NCBI RefSeq assembly: GCF_015904235.1
Contig: NZ_JADZLT010000040.1
Coordinates: 449,794 to 513,793, forward strand
Reading direction: 5' to 3'
Origin: Methylobrevis albus
GTDB taxonomy: Bacteria > Pseudomonadota > Alphaproteobacteria > Rhizobiales > Pleomorphomonadaceae
Length of the DNA: 64,000 bases
Under the pieces are notes generated by a model. It was not told the origin of the DNA. It ran no database searches and saw nothing but the letters and a program-made list of their open reading frames with translations. This document shows, piece by piece, positions 60,946 through 64,000 of the stretch. How positions within the stretch are numbered: the stretch's first letter is position 1; each line of letters opens with the position of its first letter. The position numbers and the translations under genes are program-made.

Positions 60946-61509
60946 ATGAAGACGCTTCTTTCGGCAGCGGTTGCAGCAGCGGCGATGATGACGGTGATGG
61001 GCGCGGCGCCCGCGATGGCGGACGAGCGGATCTGCCGCGGCACGCTCGGTGGCGGCACGGTGGACGACGTCAAGGTGCCGGCGGGCGCGACCTGCCGCAT
61101 GGACGGCACCCGCGTGAAGGGCAACATCAAGGTGGAGCGCGGCGCCACGCTGGTCGCGACCCGCGTCGTCGTGATCGGCAACGTCCAGGCCGAGGGTCAC
61201 AAGGCCGTGACGATCCAGCGCGGCGCCCGCATCGGCGGCGACGTGCAGACCAAGCAGGGCGGCGCCACCTCGGTGTCGGCCAGCGTGATCGACGGCAACA
61301 TCCAGCTCGAGCAGAACCGCACCGGCGCGCAGCGGGTGATCGACAACCGCGTCAACGGCGACGTGCAGGCGTTCTCGAACCGCGGCGGCGTGCGCATCGT
61401 CGACAACCGCATCGATGGCAACCTGCAGTGCAAGTCGAACTCGCCGGCGCCGACGGGCGGCAACAACACGGTGCAGGGCAACAAGGAAGACCAGTGCCGC
61501 CGGCTCTGA
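60946..61509 (+). CDS. hypothetical secreted repeat (beta-helix-like) protein
   Basis: Signal peptide (MKTLLSAAVAAAAMMTVMGAAPAMA). It has an about 20-aa periodic G(N/D)(I/V)Q repeat, two Cys pairs near the termini and a GGAGA Shine-Dalgarno sequence. Confidence 0.6.
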   Translation: MKTLLSAAVAAAAMMTVMGAAPAMADERICRGTLGGGTVDDVKVPAGATCRMDGTRVKGNIKVERGATLVATRVVVIGNVQAEGHKAVTIQRGARIGGDVQTKQGGATSVSASVIDGNIQLEQNRTGAQRVIDNRVNGDVQAFSNRGGVRIVDNRIDGNLQCKSNSPAPTGGNNTVQGNKEDQCRRL

Positions 61510-61957
61510 GCCGCGACTGACCGCCGGCGCCGCCATCAAGGCGCCGGCAGATTTCTCGTCGACCGACGCCCCGAGCCGCCGCGCCGTTGATCCGGTGCGG
61601 CGGCTTGTTGTCGTTCGCGGCCCGGCCGGCGTGCGGGGGAGGGCGGGGCGAGTCATCGGCCGAGCCGCCGCCGGACAACCCGCGCAGCCATGCCCATTTC
61701 CTCCACCAAAGCCGTGCGCCCGTGCTCAACAAGGCGCTTCACAAATCGGCTCCGACGTGTTCGACTCAAAGCCTGTCGCGGCGGGCTGTTTTCGGCGAAA
61801 CCGATGCCTATATCCGCTGGGTGCGCCGGCGGGAGCCGATCACGGCGGCGCCGCGCTCGCCCCCGAGTTCTTTGCGTCTTCAACCCGTTTCAGGCCGACG
61901 GGCGACGGAGGGAAAGGACGGGGCGGCAGATCAGGCTGGGGATCGACGGGCGCGTAG

Positions 61958-62287
61958 ATGAGCAAAGATATCCGTCGCGACGGCGACGACGAGAACAACA
62001 GCGACGTCGTGACCAAGACTCGGTCGAAGACGAAACGACCGAGCATGTACCGCGTCCTGCTGCTCAACGACGACTACACCCCAATGGAGTTCGTCATCCA
62101 TGTCGTCGAGCGCTTCTTCAACAAGGGCCGGGAGGAAGCCACCCGGATCATGCTGCACGTCCACAACCACGGTGTCGGAGAGTGCGGTGTCTTTACCTAC
62201 GAGGTGGCCGAGACCAAGGTGACGCAGGTCATGGACTTCGCGCGCCGGCATCAGCACCCTCTGCAATGTGTCATGGAAAAGAAGTGA
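61958..62287 (+). CDS. clpS: ATP-dependent Clp protease adaptor ClpS
   Basis: [25 protein letters not shown], the ClpS core. Confidence 0.95.
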   Translation: MSKDIRRDGDDENNSDVVTKTRSKTKRPSMYRVLLLNDDYTPMEFVIHVVERFFNKGREEATRIMLHVHNHGVGECGVFTYEVAETKVTQVMDFARRHQHPLQCVMEKK

Positions 62288-62296
62288 GGTCCGCCC

Positions 62297-64000
62297 GTGC
62301 CTTCATTTTCCCGTAGCCTCGAAAAGGCCCTGCACCAGGCGCTCGCTCACGCCAACGAGCGCCGGCAGGAATATGCAACCCTCGAACACCTGCTGCTGGC
62401 GCTGATCGACGATCAGGACGCGGCGGCCGTGATGCGGGCCTGCAACGTCGATCTCGACATCCTGCGCCGCAACCTGCTCGAGTACATCGATACCGAGCTC
62501 GACAACCTCGTCACCGAGATCGGTGAGGAATCGAAACCGACGGCCGGCTTCCAGCGCGTGATCCAGCGGGCGGTGATCCACGTGCAGTCGTCGGGCCGCG
62601 ACGAGGTGACGGGCGCAAACGTGCTGGTCGCGATCTTCGCCGAACGCGAGAGCCATGCGGCCTATTTCCTGCAGGAGCAGGACATGACCCGCTACGACGC
62701 GGTCAACTACATCTCCCACGGGATCGCCAAGCGAGCCGGAATGTCCGACTCGCGGCCCGCCCGCGGCGTCGACGAAGAGGCGGCCACCGTGGACGGAAAC
62801 GAGAACGCGAAGAAGAAGACCGACGCCCTCGAGGCGTATTGCGTCAACCTCAACGAGAAGGCCGAGAAGGGCAAGATCGATCCGCTGATCGGCCGCGAGA
62901 CCGAGATCAACCGGACGATCCAGGTGCTCTGCCGCCGTTCGAAGAACAATCCGCTCTATGTCGGCGACCCCGGCGTCGGCAAGACGGCGATCGCCGAAGG
63001 CCTCGCCAAGCGCATCGTCGACGGCGACGTGCCGGAAGTGCTGCTCGGCTCGACGATCTTCTCGCTCGACATGGGCGCGCTGCTCGCCGGCACGCGCTAC
63101 CGCGGCGATTTCGAGGAGCGGCTGAAGCAGGTCGTCAAGGAGATCGAGAACTATCCCGGCGCGGTGATGTTCATCGACGAGATCCACACGGTGATCGGCG
63201 CGGGCGCCACCTCGGGCGGCGCGATGGACGCCTCCAACCTGCTGAAGCCGGCGCTAGCGTCGGGCACGATCCGCTGCATCGGCTCGACCACCTACAAGGA
63301 ATACCGGCAGTTCTTCGAGAAGGACCGGGCGCTGGTGCGCCGGTTCCAGAAGATCGACGTCAACGAGCCGACGGTTCCGGACGCGATCGAGATCCTCAAG
63401 GGCCTCAAGCCCTATTTCGAGGACTATCACCGCGTGAAGTACACCAACGACGCAATCAAGGCGGCGGTGGAGCTGTCGGCGCGCTACATCAACGATCGCA
63501 AGCTGCCCGACAAGGCGATCGACGTGATCGACGAGAGCGGCGCCTCGCAGATGCTGTTGCCCGAGAACCGGCGTCGCAAGACGATCGGCGTGAAGGAGAT
63601 CGAGAACACCATCGCCACCATGGCGCGGATCCCGCCGAAGTCGGTGTCGAAGGACGATGCCGAGGTGCTCGAGAACATCGAGACCAACCTGCAGCGCGTG
63701 GTCTACGGCCAGAACGCGGCGATCAGTGCGCTGTCCTCGGCGATCAAGCTCGCCCGGGCGGGCCTGCGCGAGCCGGAGAAGCCGATCGGCAACTACCTGT
63801 TCTCCGGCCCGACCGGCGTCGGCAAGACCGAGGTCGCGCGCCAGCTCGCCTCGCTGCTCGGCGTGCAGCTGATCCGCTTCGACATGTCGGAGTACATGGA
63901 GCGGCACACGGTCAGCCGGCTGATCGGCGCACCGCCCGGCTATGTCGGCTTCGATCAGGGCGGCCTGCTCACCGACGGCGTCGACCAGCATCCGCACTGC
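62297..64000 (+). CDS. clpA: ATP-dependent Clp protease ATP-binding subunit ClpA (partial, continues beyond window)
   Basis: Not in the ORF track because no stop occurs before the window end. It has a GTG start preceded by GTGAGG. The N-domain ([29 protein letters not shown]), D1 Walker A ([15 protein letters not shown]) and D2 Walker A ([11 protein letters not shown]) are present. Confidence 0.9.
   Translation, partial: MPSFSRSLEKALHQALAHANERRQEYATLEHLLLALIDDQDAAAVMRACNVDLDILRRNLLEYIDTELDNLVTEIGEESKPTAGFQRVIQRAVIHVQSSGRDEVTGANVLVAIFAERESHAAYFLQEQDMTRYDAVNYISHGIAKRAGMSDSRPARGVDEEAATVDGNENAKKKTDALEAYCVNLNEKAEKGKIDPLIGRETEINRTIQVLCRRSKNNPLYVGDPGVGKTAIAEGLAKRIVDGDVPEVLLGSTIFSLDMGALLAGTRYRGDFEERLKQVVKEIENYPGAVMFIDEIHTVIGAGATSGGAMDASNLLKPALASGTIRCIGSTTYKEYRQFFEKDRALVRRFQKIDVNEPTVPDAIEILKGLKPYFEDYHRVKYTNDAIKAAVELSARYINDRKLPDKAIDVIDESGASQMLLPENRRRKTIGVKEIENTIATMARIPPKSVSKDDAEVLENIETNLQRVVYGQNAAISALSSAIKLARAGLREPEKPIGNYLFSGPTGVGKTEVARQLASLLGVQLIRFDMSEYMERHTVSRLIGAPPGYVGFDQGGLLTDGVDQHPHC

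Noticed and set aside
62303-63997. Minus-strand ORFs 62303..63187 and 63254..63997
   Set aside because: They are antisense to the clear plus-strand clpA reading frame (Walker A/B motifs), which the track omitted because it lacks a stop inside the window.

Overview
This 64 kb window is a high-GC (about 68-70 %) stretch of alphaproteobacterial (Rhizobiales-like) chromosome. Housekeeping genes are densely packed on both strands with conserved synteny and very little accessory content.

Gene content:
- **Left end:** ybaN-like and DUF502 membrane proteins, then recG.
- **Regulation/RNA chaperone block:** ntrY-ntrX-trkA-dat-hfq-hflX, convergent with mazG.
- **Orphan solute-binding protein, Cys-rich secreted protein and a divergent HutC-type GntR regulator.**
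- **tpiA-secG-pyrG-glsA.**
- **LysE exporter and hisJ/Q/M-type polar amino-acid ABC genes**, with no ATPase in the window.
- **Molybdenum cofactor cluster:** moeA-mobA-(EamA transporter)-moaA, plus a DUF971 gene.
- **gatB, an SPFH protein, two tRNA-like genes, an MCP and two small secreted proteins**, followed by gatA and gatC.
- **Omp2/RopA-type porin, alpha/beta hydrolase, slt, dapA, smpB.**
- **proS-lolC/E-lolD, dnaE, rpsB-tsf, DUF3297.**
- **S8 peptidase divergent from an ECF sigma/anti-sigma pair.**
- **Right end:** LysE exporter, a secreted repeat protein, clpS, and clpA truncated by the window edge (absent from the ORF track).

Most long ORFs in the track are antisense or frame-fused artefacts typical of high-GC DNA.

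Non-genic highlights:
1. A perfect alphaproteobacterial LexA box (GTTC-N7-GTTC) sits immediately upstream of an unannotated 93-aa small membrane-protein ORF, between lolD and dnaE.
2. A 1.1 kb array of MITE/REP-like palindromic elements (29-bp terminal inverted repeats built on a GAAA-tetraloop hairpin) lies between the hutC-like gene and tpiA.
3. Three copies of a second 47-bp-unit inverted-repeat (REP/BIME-like) family sit in intergenic sites.
4. Two adjacent tRNA-like sequences have canonical D and T arms but defective acceptor and anticodon structure.
5. A 20-bp perfect palindrome lies between the ECF sigma and S8 peptidase genes.
6. A (GAY)13 trinucleotide tract encodes poly-Asp inside the peptidase.
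7. An unusually long (about 1 kb) noncoding, partly AT-rich region lies upstream of proS.

No CRISPR array, cas genes, prophage or transposase was found.
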